From the human T2T-CHM13v2.0 reference genome, Homo sapiens: a DNA stretch of 64,000 nucleotides. Location: NCBI RefSeq assembly GCF_009914755.1, contig NC_060928.1. One strand, 5' to 3'. Shown here one piece after another: positions 1-14,685 of this stretch. Numbering within the stretch: the first letter of the stretch is position 1; every line of letters starts with the position of its first letter. The notes below the pieces were generated by a model, which made no database searches, was not told where the DNA came from, and saw nothing but the letters and a program-made list of their open reading frames with translations. The position numbers and the translations under genes were made by a program.

Positions 1-800
1 AAAACGGGAAAGATGATTTCAAAGAGAAATTTTAAAAGATCTTGAAGTACACAAAAGGAATCTTGAAGAAAAGCATAGTCAACCATATTCTCTGATAAAA
101 GAATCTGTTTCATAAAGATAATAAATTCCCCCAGTTAATCTAAAAATGTATTTTACTGCAATAAAATATCAATGGTTTTTAAAAAGAATTATACAAATCT
201 AAAAATTTAGTTAATCTAAAAATGTATTGCACTGCAATAAAATATCAGTGGTTTTTTTGAAAGAATTATGACAAATGACTTATAGTACTAATAAGAAAAT
301 GAACAAATAAGATAATCCAGGGCATGTTCGAAAGGGAAAAATAACAAGAGGGCACTAGCCCTATCAGATATTAAAATATATAAAGCTGCTGTAATTAAGA
401 AGGGATGCTGTTTTAACAGGTATTAAAATATATTGTAAATCTACAGGTACTAGTGCACATACAGTCAATCAGATTGATGGAACATTTTTAAAAAGCAATA
501 AATCCAAATACAGAGAGAAATTCAATAGGATAGTAAGGGTGACATTTCTAATCAGCGGGCAAAGATACCTTGTCCAGTAAATGGTTTAGGGTATCTTGGT
601 GTTCACTTGGAGAAAAAGTTGTGTCTCCCCTTTTCATGTTTTATACCAAAAGGAATTCCAGAGAGAAGTCAAAATATGAAGCCATGAGAAGCTGTAACAA
701 AGCATGCAAGATTTCTATGGAGAAATCTCAAGTTGGAAAAGATATTTCTAATGATACCATACACTTGAAGAAATGAAGTAAATAATAATTTGAGTATATA
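1..800 (+). mobile_element. Old L1M/L1ME ORF2 fragment
   Basis: A-rich sequence with degraded ORF2 motifs such as 'ggcactagccctatcagatattaaaatatataaagctgctgtaattaag'. Confidence 0.55.
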
Positions 801-1327
801 TAAATGGAACAGAATTCCACTTATAATAACAAAAATTTTTTTAGAAAATAGTGAATAAGCTGAAAACAGTGTGTATGTTCAACAATCGTGTAAAAAAAAG
901 TACATTGTGTGTATGTATTTCTAGAAGAAAACAAAATAAATATGTAGCAATGATTGACTCTGGAAAAATAGATTATTTATGGACTGGGTAGTAATGAAAC
1001 ACACACACATTCTTCTGCAGATTTTGTCTACATTTTATCTTTGCATAAAATTTTTTGTTTTTTGTCTACTTTTTTGTCTACATTTTATCTTTGCATAAGA
1101 AATTATGAATAAAACTACTTAGTCATAATAAATAGAAATGTTGACAATGAGTGTGTTGATGGCAGATCTGTGGATGGATGACTTCCATTTATACTTTTTT
1201 TGTGTGTGTTTTTAAATAGAAAAACTCTATAATTGTTTCCAAATATCTTTATATCCTCAACTTTATAATTTATGAGCAGTGTATCATATTTCTAAATCTA
1301 TGTTCTCATTAAAAAATACGGAGATTA

Positions 1328-1960
<633 letters not shown>

Positions 1961-3130
1961 CATATATGTATATATACACACACACACACACACAGATAGT
2001 AACAGGTAGCATGATTTAGTAAACATAACATTGAATAACTGTTTTTCCTGTAAAATGGGGGAATAATATATACCTTGAGGACTAAGGAAAACAATGTTGT
2101 TAAGGCACTTAGTAAAGTATACTATTTTTGAATGTCTATGTGTTTCTTTAGATAATATTTAATTTGTTTAGCTTACTGCTCCCCAGAGCCATTTTTGATG
2201 TTTAACTGATACCACCTGTGATTGTTTACCCAGTATTGATAGCCTGCAATATGCAGAGCTATTTTAGGAACTGAGGAAATATTAGCAATCATCAGGCATT
2301 CTAATAAGTGATACAAGTGGAAGATGTTATGAAAAAACAGAAGAGGAACATCACGAATGTAGGAGTCAGGAGATACTTCTCTTCCCACTTCCTTCCCTGA
2401 GGTGTGGACATCTGAGGCTATATCTTAAATCTCGAGTATAACTTAAAGAAAATAATTATTTATACTGGGCATTTGTTGGGATGGGCATTGAGATGTATCT
2501 GGAAAGAACCTGGGATTTGAAGTAGCATACATATAGCTAGAGTGAAGAATGTATGCAGAAACATGGTGAGAATTGAGGATTAAAAATTATGGGACCACAG
2601 AGAACACTATTTCATGCTAAAGACATTGATTCTCAGCCTTGAATGACTTTTTAAAAACTACTTTGTCAGATTGAACATTAAATAGTCACTCAAGAAGTTT
2701 TCAGTTTGGACAAGATGTCATGGACCTGTTTTTCTCTGCTTCTTTCTGCTAAGTACAGCTATAAACTCTGAAAATGATGGAAGAGGCAAATAAAGGAAAA
2801 TTCTTAAAGATGGTAAGAGGAATGAAAATTGGTTTGAGATCACAGAATACAAATAAGAGCACAGAAGAATGGCATCTCACATCCTCTCACCCAACAAAAG
2901 GTTGTGATCCAGGCCTTAATTTTCCTGACTCCAAGCTAGCAACAGAAAACAAGGTAGGCTTATGTCTCCTTTGGAACAATAGGAGTCTTTCTGAAAACAC
3001 AAGACAATATCCACTGCAGGAAAGCACTCTCCTCCTCTGTAGGATCTGATGCTTCCTTCTACAATGAATAGATATGAGGCAGCTAGGTGGTACTGGCCGG
3101 AGGAACCCCACCAGAACAAGTGGCCTCATG

Positions 3131-3940
3131 CTGGAAGCCATTATGGAAAGAGTATGACATTCCTCAAAACATTAAAAATAGATCTGTCATATGATCCAGT
3201 AATCCCTACTTCTGACTGTATATCTGAAGGAAACAAAATTGGCTTCCTTTGAGAGATCTCAAAGAGATATCTGCACGCCGTGTTCATTGCAGCATTCTTC
3301 ACAATAGCTAATATATGGAAACATTCTATATGTGCACCAATGGATAAACAGATAAAGAATATGTGGCATATATTAATGTAATGAAATACTATTTAGTAAT
3401 AAAAAAGAAGGAATTCTGCCATTTGCAATCAATTGAGTGAAACTTGAGAACATTATACTAACTGAAATAAGCCAGACAGAAAGACAGCTACTATATGATC
3501 TCACTTATTTGTGGAATATAAAAAAGTTGGAGTATTAACAGCTGAGAGTAAACAGTGTTTACCAGCAGATTAGGGGGCTAGGGAAATGAGGAGATATTGA
3601 TCAAAGGGTATAAACGTTCTAAGATGAATATAAATATTTGGCATTATGTATATAAAATAACATGAGATGAATATGTTCCAGGGATTTAATGTACAGCATG
3701 GTGACAGTAGTTAATAATACTGTAATGTATAGTTTAAATTTCCTAAGAAAGTATGTCTTAAGTGTTCTCAACACACGCACACAAACACACACACGCACAA
3801 TAGTAACTGTGTGATCAACTTGATTATGGTACTCATTTCACAGTGTGTATGTATATCAAATCATCATATTGTACACCTTAAATTAATACAATTACTATTT
3901 TTCAATTATACCCCAATACATCTGAAATAAAAAGAAAAAT
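3131..3940 (+). mobile_element. L1MA-type 3' end (ORF2 tail plus 3' UTR)
   Basis: catatgatccagtaatccctacttctg, tgttcattgcagcattcttcacaatagc, ...ttgtacaccttaaat, A-rich end. Confidence 0.85.
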
Positions 3941-4572
3941 AACTAAATAAAGGTATTAATGACTTCCATTTGATGGTTCTCGTGCTAGGTATTTTTTACA
4001 GACTTTTATCATTTTAAGTACTACAAGAACCAACTAGCATGTGGCCTTAGAAATGTTCAAATAGAATTTAGATAACTTCTGATTTTTTTTTTCCTAGTGG
4101 AACGATTCTATCTCTATTAGAAGTTTTGCCATATTGCAAATGCGGGCTTTTCTCAGTTTCTTTATTCTCCTTCCCAGTGCTCTTTGTGGTGGTGGTGGTT
4201 GTGTTTTGTAACTAGAAATAAATTTCTATCTTAATACAAAGCTTTCTTTAATCCCTCAGTGCCATATTACTCTCCTTGTTTCTACCATTTGATTCTTCTA
4301 GTCTATCTCATTAACTCTACTAAAAAAGAGTATTTGAGCCTCAAATAGTTTATTTCCTAAGAACAAACAGTTAAGTAATATGCAGACTGAAGACTTCTGG
4401 ATAAGACTCAAATCTTTACCTAATATATTAAGCTGTATTTATAAAAAGGAAATTACTCTTTAAAAACAATACACATGCTATAAATTGTTTCTTTGGAATA
4501 ATGGCACACATTCTTCCTATTTATCAAATAGATACATTTCCCAGAAGGAAGTGGGTAATGATATATTATAGT

Positions 4573-4621
4573 AAAAGAAAGAAAGAAAAGAAGAGAAAAG
4601 AAAGAAAAAGAAAGAAAGAAA
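4573..4621. repeat. (GAAA)n-like purine microsatellite
   Basis: aaaagaaagaaagaaaagaagagaaaagaaagaaaaagaaagaaagaa. Confidence 0.85.
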
Positions 4622-5759
4622 CAGTATTTAATTTTATCAGCATTCCTATTACACAGCTGGCATAGATTTTTAACTTACTTTGTGTTAGGTCTCCTGCTTT
4701 ATGCAATTTATAATCTTATTTTATTTACTTTTTGTAATCCTATAAAGGCTGTTAAAATCTGTCTGTAAGCATTATGTATATAAAATAAAATGAGTTACCA
4801 TACCTATTTTCATATCAGAAAATCCATGTTTGGTGGAAGTCAAATAACTTGTTGAGGTTCCCACATACTCCTGCTACATAGGGAAGCTGAGATAGGATGC
4901 TCTGTGTTAAGATTCTAAAGACTGACTTCTTCCTCTGTGCCATAGACAGTAGAGAATATGAACAGGTCTATTACTCTTCTTAATCTGTAATTATATATTT
5001 TACAACATTATTGACAGAAAAATCACCTTGCTTCTTGGCATTTGTTCAGATGCTGATTTAATGCCACTTATGATGGAATATACAGACTTCTGCACTTGCT
5101 GAACAAATTGAAAAGTAAAGGTTTCCAAGGACTTTATGGCTGCCAAAGGGATATTGTAAATTATTGTAAATATAAATTATCCCCTTGCCAGACTACAGAG
5201 ATTACTTTTATGTTAGAAATAGGCAAATGTGAATTGGCTTATTTGGTGGGCATTAGTGAAAAGTCCATTGTCTTAATTGGCCAACTACAAATCATTATAT
5301 TTAGAAATTTTTAGCTGTATCATTTGATTCACTTGACATCGTGTATCTTTATAAAAGTATGTAATTAACAAGAACTCTTCTGTAATTATCCTGACAAATT
5401 TCCTGGTTTCTTTTAATAAAATTAATAGTTTGCCCAACTTACAGTATATCAAACACACTATATATATCTATTCTGTGTTTAGACATTGTAATGTCTGTGT
5501 AGCTATACTGTTTTATAACGTCTAATATTTTAAGTCTTATAACATTTCTTCCATCCCACAGCTTTCCTTTTAAAAACTAATTTTTCATTGGTTATGAATT
5601 GGATGAACTAATTATCTTAATGTGATTGCAATATATGTAGTTATTTTAAATCATAAATATTGAAATGATTGTATTTATAACATTTCTTGAAATAGACAAC
5701 TATATGTATTTTATGTAAAAAATTAAACTCTATAGTTTACAGTGTCTTGAATAACAACT

Positions 5760-5950
5760 AGTGTTTGGGAATGAGACTATGTTAAACATTTATTAGCTAT
5801 TTGACATTGGAATATCAGGTTAAAATGTGTAAGCCTCATTTTCTTTATCTACAAAATCAGGATAATAATCCCTACCTCATAGATATGAAGTGAGAATTAA
5901 GTGAGGTAATAAATTTAAAATCTTATAGGGAGACAATAAACTTTAGCTAC
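5760..5950 (+). mobile_element. MIR
   Basis: MIR core: gcctcattttctttatctacaaaatcaggataataatccctacctcatag. Confidence 0.7.
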
Positions 5951-7624
5951 GATCTTTATTTTTGTTGCATTTTAATATTATTAAATCGTTTATGTATCCA
6001 ATACTGATACCATATAAATTCATGCATTAATCTTGTAACCTTTTTATTTTTAAATATTTTCTGGGACTATTTTAGACGGCAATTTAGATAGTATCTAATC
6101 TGCTAGAAAATATCAATGAAGCTGTCTGATATTTACACCATAACTTACTAAGATTCTCTGTATTACAGATTCTGAAAACTCAGGGGATTTAAGAGGGAAA
6201 TAAAGTGAGCTTGTTGAAATAAATGTATACATAAATAGACCTGCAGAAAACATTCCTATCAATCAAATGTATTTGGAATATTTAAGTATATTATAAAACT
6301 ACTTTTTGCGGGTCTGGTAAAAATGGTGGTGCCTGCCTCTTTTAACTCAATAGAAAAAGAAATAATTGGAGATGAATTTAATGTTCTTTGGCCTTTTTAT
6401 CATGCAACCCTTATTTAATTATAGAATTTCAGTGTTATATTACATAACTGTGCAAAATATTACTTAATAATCACTTCTGAGATGGTTTTAAAAAACCATA
6501 TTATGCATGTTTATCATAGTTCCCCATAGCAGGTATAGGCCACTTATCAAAGGAACTTGCATTTAGTAATTCTGTGCAGTTAGTCTTATTGAGGTCCACT
6601 TGATGGCAGTATTGCACTTGGTAAGGTCAGTCTTTTTGAGTGATTTTTTTATACTTGATTTCCCGTGTAATGGTGGAAGTAAACTTTTCAATTAAACCAT
6701 GAATTATGAGAGACTTATTTTCTGCTAATACCTCAGAGGTTATGATTCAGAAATGTTTTGTGGAGGAACCAAATGGAACATAGTAAAATTGTTACACGTC
6801 AGAGGAGAGATACTCTTGGGAAATGAGAAAATCAGGATTTTCCAATTTTTAAAATTCATGACTCTGAAGGATTTTAGCTTTCATCATTTTTAATAGAATT
6901 TTCACTTATAGGAAAAGGTAACCAGGAATTGTATTAAAAAAGGAATGTGCATTCATTAGTTAAGAGGTCAAGTAACAAACTTAAAATTTGACAAATCATG
7001 GTGTGTACCACAAAAATAATTGACCTCAAACATCAGGATAAATGTTTCTGCTTCTATCCAATTGAAATGATTTAGAAGGTCAATTCTAAAACTATCGTGT
7101 CAGCTTCTTTGCTAGCAAGAAGCAGTAAAAGGGCATTTCCTGCTTCTCAGTTTTTAAAGCTTTACTGAAAGCAAATCTCACAAATGATATTCAAAATATT
7201 ATAGTCAGAAAGAAAAAATAGTTACTCCTGTCCTTATTGTTAAAAGGCCTTATCCCCCAAATTAAATCAATCTTCCATAAAGTCCCTAAAAAAAATATGA
7301 AGTCCTTGGGAACTCACTTGGTTTTAAAACCTAATTAATAAAACTTTAGTGAGATAACTTTTAGTTTTTATCTGAAGTGTAACTATAAGGAAAATGATAT
7401 TATAAAATGATATTTTGACAAAAGATGTTTTAAAAATAGGAGTAAATAATACATCAAATATTCACTTCAATATGGTGATTTTTTTGTTTATCTATTTAAA
7501 CTTTTGTCTAGTACACATTTATATTACCTCTACTTGAGTGTTAATGATTCAGATTTAAAAATGAAGTTACACATTCCATGTAGTCAAAGTGCTTCTGTCT
7601 CTAGTCTAGTCAGCTAACTCCACT

Positions 7625-7795
7625 GACTTTTACATCCTCCACCACCAACTAGCTCTGTATGACTTTGGTCAGATTACTTAATCACATTTTCCTCACTTCA
7701 AACCTGATAGTAGTATTGATATTAATTAGTACATGGAAAGTACTTAGAAACAGCAGCGAGTACAAAATAATTCTCAGTAAATGTCAGTTATTTTC
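7625..7795 (+). mobile_element. MIR
   Basis: accaactagctctgtatgactttggtcagattacttaa ... ctcagtaaatgtcagttatt. Confidence 0.65.
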
Positions 7796-8743
7796 TTTAT
7801 CCAGCACTTGATGATAATTTGTGGACTTATATATTTAAAAGCATATCTTAAATACATTTTATTAGGAGAAAAGATTAAATTGATATTTTATGTGGTCTTG
7901 CCAAATTTGTTGTATTTATAATACAAAATATGAGTTATATTATTAAATATGGTATATTTGATGTTTTGTGAAGATTACATTTGGGGGAGAAACAAATATT
8001 AAACCTTTGTAACAAAATGAGCTTAGTAAAATGTCAGTATAATTTGAGTTAATAAATTGCAAACAGGCATCAGGGAATTGTCATTTTTGACTCTATTGGT
8101 TGGGATGCCAGTTATGAATGCTTAATCACAAACATCAACAAATATTCATTCATTACTTTATAAGGCACTTAAGTCATTGTAGAGCATGCCAGGAATTATA
8201 AATGATCATTTCATCCATAAGTTACTCAGAATATAGTTGGAGATATATTGACTAAAATTCATGAAAAGATACTTTTAAAAATGTGATGACAGTAATCTGG
8301 TGTCACATGGTATCATGTATCCAACTGCCAAATGAACATCATAAGGCACGATGTGTTACGAATTCAGAGAGAAGATATGACAGGCCTAAATGTTGCTGAA
8401 AGAGATGAACAGAAGGGGTGATAGTCTAGTTGAGCCTGAGCAATAAGTTTTGAATAGGAACAACAGAAAGAAAAGACCATCCAGAGAGACTATTGTTAGT
8501 CCACAGTACTCAAAAAGGGGAGTAATGTTAATATAGCAATTTAAATAAAAATAGTATATGAGAATGCTTTCAAAATTGTAAGCTAATATAAAAATGAGTT
8601 ATAACTGTGTACTTTTGGAAACCATTTTTAAATTCAGTAGAGTATACCTCTTTCATTTATTTATTTGCCAAAACTAGTAGTTTACATACTGAGCATATAA
8701 CCTCTAGAGCATGGCTTTTAGAGTACATAAAATCAGTCCTCTG

Positions 8744-9050
8744 GGCAGGGTGCGGTGCCTCATGCCTGTAATCCCAGCAGTTTGGGAGGCTGAGGTGGGT
8801 GGATCATGAGGTCAGGAGTTCAAGACCAGCCTGGCAAGGATGGTGAAGCCCCATCTCTACTGAAAATACAAAAATTAGCCGGGCGTGATGGTGGGCACCT
8901 GTAATCCCAGCTACTTGGGAGGCTAAGGCAGAGAATTGCTTAAAACCAGGAGGTGGAGGTTGCAGTGAGCCGAGATGGCACCACTGCACTCCAGCCTGGG
9001 CAACAGAGCAAGACTCCATCTCAAAAAAAATAAAAATAAATAAAATAAAT
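8744..9050 (+). mobile_element. AluS (Sg-like)
   Basis: Full dimer; short TSD aaatcagtc on both flanks. Confidence 0.9.
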
Positions 9051-9098
9051 AAATCAGTCTTATCTATGGTTTTATGGTAGATAACTTGTAAAAACTTT

Positions 9099-9206
9099 AT
9101 ATATAGATATGTGTATATATATGTGTATATATATGTGTGTATATATATGTGTATATATATGTGTGTATATATATATGTGTGTGTGTATATATATATATGT
9201 ATATAA
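9099..9206. repeat. Compound (TA)n/(TG)n microsatellite
   Basis: Seen directly; source of the HIYIYT/YIYVY low-complexity ORFs. Confidence 0.95.
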
Positions 9207-9500
9207 TTTTTTTTTTTTTTGAGACGGAGTCTCACACTGTTGCCCTGGCTGGTGTGTGGGAGCAAGATCTCGGCTTGCTACAACCTCTGCCTCCCAGGTT
9301 AAAGCGATTCCCTGCCTCAGCCTCTCGAGCAGCAAGGGTTACAGGTGCCCGCCATCACGCCTGGCTAATTTTTTGTATTTTTAGTAGAGACAGGTTTTCA
9401 CTATGTTGGCCAGGCTGGTCTCGAACTCCTGACCTCGTGATCCGCCCGCCTCAGCCTCCGAAAGTGCTGGGATTACAGGCGTGAGCCACCGCGCCCGGCC
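9207..9500 (-). mobile_element. AluS (Sg-like), antisense
   Basis: Poly-T followed by gagacggagtctc ... gagccaccgcgcccggcc. Confidence 0.92.
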
Positions 9501-9530
9501 ACAATATTCTTATAATAAAAAAACATCCAC

Positions 9531-9888
<358 letters not shown>

Positions 9889-10787
9889 GCTTCCACATGG
9901 GATGCGTCCAAGGGAGCTTGGAAACGTAGAAGCTTCGTCGTTCTTTTATGGTCTTTGTCTGGTGAGGTTTAAGAGTCCATTCTGCAGAAAAGAGTTGTTC
10001 ATGGATGTATTTCTGTCAACATCCATTGGCCTAGCTGATCATGGTCAATATAATGCTTCATGGCCAACATAATGCATATGAATTACCATACGGTTAAAGA
10101 TCACCATATTTTCAAAGAAAAGATTGTATACCTTCTGATATAAATTAGACATTTCAAGCAGTACTCAACTTTAGTTTATTTTATAGTGCACAACTTTTGT
10201 CATAGTATTTTCATTTACTCTGAGACCATAATAAAGATAAATAAAATTGAATGATTTTTATGATATTAATTTACATAATTTACAATGGTACATCCATAGT
10301 TCATTCTGTCTAGGTAAAGGCTTTAAAGGACCTGTAGGTGACATTATCTAAACATACTTTGAGTCTAATTTTCTCAAAATGAATCAAATGTTGTTTTCCT
10401 AAGAAATGACAATCTATATTTTTTCATTCCCAATGATAGGCACTCTTTAAACATATACGATGGTTTCTATAGTAGTAGAGAAATAGTTTATGATAGTAGC
10501 TAAAAAGTTAATTATTAATTTACCTCAGGTTTCAGCAAATAGCAGGTTCTCAATAATTATTAGCAACTATTGTGAGTGGTACAAATCCTACTGCTCTCCA
10601 TGTTGCTTCTGCTCCACCTCTCCCTCTCTATTTCCATTTGTTTTACAATATCTAACTAAAATAAATTTACAACTTACTTTCTTCTATTTGTCCTTTTTGA
10701 CTATTTCTCTGGGAATTTTAGATTATGTCCAAATTGGACAAGAAGGCCTATGCCTCAAAATTGACTTAGAAAACACTCTTTTTAAAA

Positions 10788-11045
10788 AATTTTAAGTTTT
10801 ATTTTGGGTTCGGGGGTATTTGTGAAAGTTTGTTATATGCATATATTATGTGACACTGAAGTTTAGGGTACAATTGAGCCTATCACCCAGGTAGTGAGCA
10901 CAGTACCCAATAGGTAGTTTTTCAGCCCTTGCCCTCCTTTGCCTCTCGTCTAGCAGTCCCCAGTGCCCATTGTTGCAGTCTTTATGTCCACATGTACCCA
11001 ATGTTTTGCTGCCATTTTTAAGTGATAACATGTGGTATTTGGTTT
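10788..11045 (-). mobile_element. Old L1PA (PA13-16-like) 3' UTR fragment
   Basis: atcacccaggtagtgagcacagtacccaataggtagttttttcagccct. Confidence 0.8.
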
Positions 11046-11085
11046 AGAATGAACAATTAACCAATATTATGGTGGAGCCAAGGGA

Positions 11086-11561
11086 TAATGGGAGACAGTT
11101 CTCTGTGAGTCTCTTGTGTTTCTGCAAGTCTTGTAAGCAGAGGCACTGACTATCTTCAACTTCAAACTACCTTTCCAGGCAAGTTTATATAGGAATGTCT
11201 GTTTAGAAGATATATACAGTTTCTTTCTTGAGCAAAAAGCAGGTTGTTCACTCTCCACTATAATAATGTGTCCTTCTAGTGCAAAAGTCAGGCAGGCTTA
11301 CTTTCTACCTTAAAAGATTCTGAGTCTCAAGCTCAGGATTCTTCTCTTGTGTTACCTTAATGAAAATTAGGGCTCAGAGAACCCAAGCAAATACTGACAC
11401 TCTGGTTATTATTGTTGCCATGAGTAGTAAAGTTCTTTGACTCTCACACAGGGATCTTGTGTCTTATGTCAACATGCATGAAATTATTTCATGAAATTTA
11501 AATTTTGGACGATAATACTGTCATGCATGGTAAAATCTCACAACCTTTACAGTTCTTGATA
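11086..11561 (+). mobile_element. Solo LTR, LTR47-like (ERVL class)
   Basis: Starts tgggagacagttctc, ends gtaaaatctcacaacctttacagttcttgata; homologous to the LTRs at 23311 and 26415. Confidence 0.75.
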
Positions 11562-14500
11562 GGGTGTAGGGCAATAGAGAAAGTTTTGGTGAAAAACAAT
11601 TCAGAATGCCAAAATGACATGCTGAAGGTATTTAATATAAACTTATACAGTTAAAATTACATCCAGAATTTAAGAAAACATTTAGTGTTTTTCATATATC
11701 ACCACAAATGTAAAAATGATGCTAGTCAAATGGTTTAGAAGCATTAATCAATACATAAATTGTTTCCTTTAGAAAAACCAAAGGCTAGGTGTAATTGAGA
11801 ATGATCACATATTGATTTCTAGCTCTTATTCAAAATCTCATTTCTTCAGAAAAGGAGAATATTGGAATATTAGAATGGGACCAAATTAGTTAGAAAAGAG
11901 TCCTACCCACATGCTGCCTGAATATTTCTTTCCTTTTCCGCTGGCTTCTCCACTTTTCTTGCCCTGATTCTGCAGAGAGGCTACCATAGCCACAGACGTC
12001 CCTCTGTGTTTTTGATCCTCAGTCTACTCTTCTTTGATTTGCCAGGAGTTTCTGGTAAAGCAGAAAGGTATCATTCCATGGGCTACATTCTGATTACAAT
12101 GAACCAGGCTTCCTCCTTTGCAGTTAACAGTATAATATCAATAGTTTCATACAAGGGATGCCTTTCTAAGTTGTGTGAGTACATTTATTTTGTCAATCTG
12201 TAGACTTACAGATTTGCTCTTGGATAATTGCAAATTGAGTAAATTTATATTATTATTTAGAGTGAATATGGATCTTGGATATTTATTTATTAAACATTTA
12301 ATGTTGTACTGACATGAGCTTATCAGTATTAAGTCATTAATCCACACAATAATTCTGTTATCCCTCTTTTACATTATAGAAAGCTTACCTAAGATTATAC
12401 AGTAAAATATGGCAAAGCTGAGACAAATATGAACAAAGGAACATAGAGTCGAAATAGCTGTGGTTCCTGTTTTCTAATTTTCTACAAATTCTAGATTGCT
12501 TCTCTCCTTGTCAATTGCTTATCAAGCACTTGTCATAGTATTTTGTAGTCATTTGATTTTGTTGCCTTCTTAAAATAAATAGTACGCACACTGACACCAA
12601 GAATATATTTAATTTTTCTGTTAAATTTGTTTTTCTTTCATTTTTGCATTGCTAATCCTGAAGAGAAAATCATAGACTTTTTGACATATAATAGTTGCCA
12701 CATAAATTGGTGAATGAATATCACTGTGGCACCTAAAGTACACCAGATCTGTTGGGGGGTTCTCTTTGTTTTATATTTCCTGACTTTAAGTGCACTCATG
12801 TGTTTGAGAGTTTTATTCTAAAAAGACTACTTATCCAAATGCAACTTGGCTGCCTACCATGATTTGGCAAATAAAGACTTTCAAGGGCAGAAAGAAAAAA
12901 AAATCTTAAGATTATTTAATAACAGCATGTACCTTCCAAAGAAGCTAAAGAAAATTGTCAAGTGAAACAGAAAACTGTGACATTATTTTATTAAAATACG
13001 ACCTACAGTTTTAAACTTAACATATCTTATAATTTTATTTTTCAGTAATTGTATCCATTTCATTTTCCCACTCATTATTAGAGCAGAGCCTTTCTGTAGT
13101 GGTCTGATGTTGCCAGGTAGAGTGTGGAAAAATTTTCCTATAGATACATGTTCATTCTGCAAAAAGATGGGATTATATTCTGTAATGTAAAGTGAATATT
13201 TATGCTTTTGTGGTATCCCATAAAAAATGTTTGGGAACAACTTTGCCTTTTTAGCTTTTGAAAATGAGCATTTTTTTATGTGAAAGTTTGCTTTATTGTT
13301 GGAAAGCAAGAGCAAGAAAAAAAAGTAGGAAATGATTTTGCTTTAGTAAATTGGGTTTACCAAGTCTTTCTTCTTCTCTTGAAACATAGTGGGAGGAGAG
13401 AGCTTTATATTCAAGCTAAAAATAATCTTTGGGTAACACCTACATTTTTACCCTGAAATAGACAATAAAATACATTCCCAGGGACTGACCATAAAGGGGT
13501 GTGGGGAGTAGAATACTTGAGCCTTTTCAAATTGTCTGTCTCTCTCCCCCAAGTTCAGGAAACCATCTGTCTCCCTCTACTCACATTTTTCCCACTAACT
13601 GAATCCTCTTTATTCCAACGATTAAGTTCAGTGTCTTTAAATAGAAAAATGTGGAGATTTTATGAATTGCCAAATGAAAATGAAAGGTTCGGAATCACTA
13701 AAATTGATGGTGTTCTGATTTTAGAAGTTAGAAGAAAATTGCAATTAAAAATATGATATTCAACTTATTCATTGGTGAAAATATAAGCTATGGAATAAAA
13801 TGTAAAGCCAAATATATATTTATCAAAAATCTGCTTAAACATTGTATAGAGTTTATATAATAAAAAGCATTAAAGTAGTTTGATATTTAAAAATATGTAG
13901 TCAGTTCTACTTTAAATTGCATTTTTATTACTATGTACTCAGCCCTAATTCACAAGTTGGGGAATATTAATGTTTTGTGCCTACCAGATTGATTGCTGTA
14001 AAGAAGACAGTTAGTGTGATGATGTAGATATTAAACAAAGTAAAAGGCAGTTAATGCCTGAAAATGGGAAGTTCTTAAATGTGGAGCTCACACTGAAAAG
14101 AAAAACATAAAAGAGAATCTTATAGGTCAAAATAAAATTTTGAAAATATGAAACAAAAAATTATAAACTAACCTATTTTTTTTTCATTAATCCATACAAT
14201 GACTGAACATTTTACAGCAGTATTTCATGGTGTGATAAAGAACCTAATGATAGCTATTTTTAAGAAACACCATCAGTATGGAACTTTGAAGGCCTAAACT
14301 CAGGACAAAATATATGAGATGTTGACAGCCTATGGCAGATTTTTAATTGATATTGCAATCAGTGAAATTAGTAGTATTGCGTAAATTTTTGAGGGCAAAA
14401 AGATAAAAGGAAATTATTTTTGAGTTTGAAGTTTAGTGTGTGCTTTAGCCTACAGCTAGTATTCACAGAAGATTTTCACAGTCTCAGTTGTGTTTAATGT

Positions 14501-14624
14501 GAAAAATTTAAAGCATAATACATAAGGTTAATACAGAATTCAATGAGCAACATAAATTTTATATTTTTATAACATCCCATTTGGCTGTCCCAATTCATGT
14601 TGATGTGTGTGTATTCTAATACCA

Positions 14625-14685
14625 TATTTACATATGTATATAAATATATATGTGCATATATACATATACACATATATACATACAT
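14625..14685. repeat. Degenerate (TA)n/(CA)n microsatellite
   Basis: tacatatgtatataaatatatatgtgcatatatacatatacacatatatacatac. Confidence 0.8.

Noticed and set aside
8804-9484. ORFs with HIYIYT/YIYVY repeats
   Set aside because: Microsatellite plus Alu translations
9890-10090. CpG-containing unique stretch after the AluY as a pseudogene or transduction
   Set aside because: Lies outside the Alu TSD, has no poly-A, and I recognise no homology
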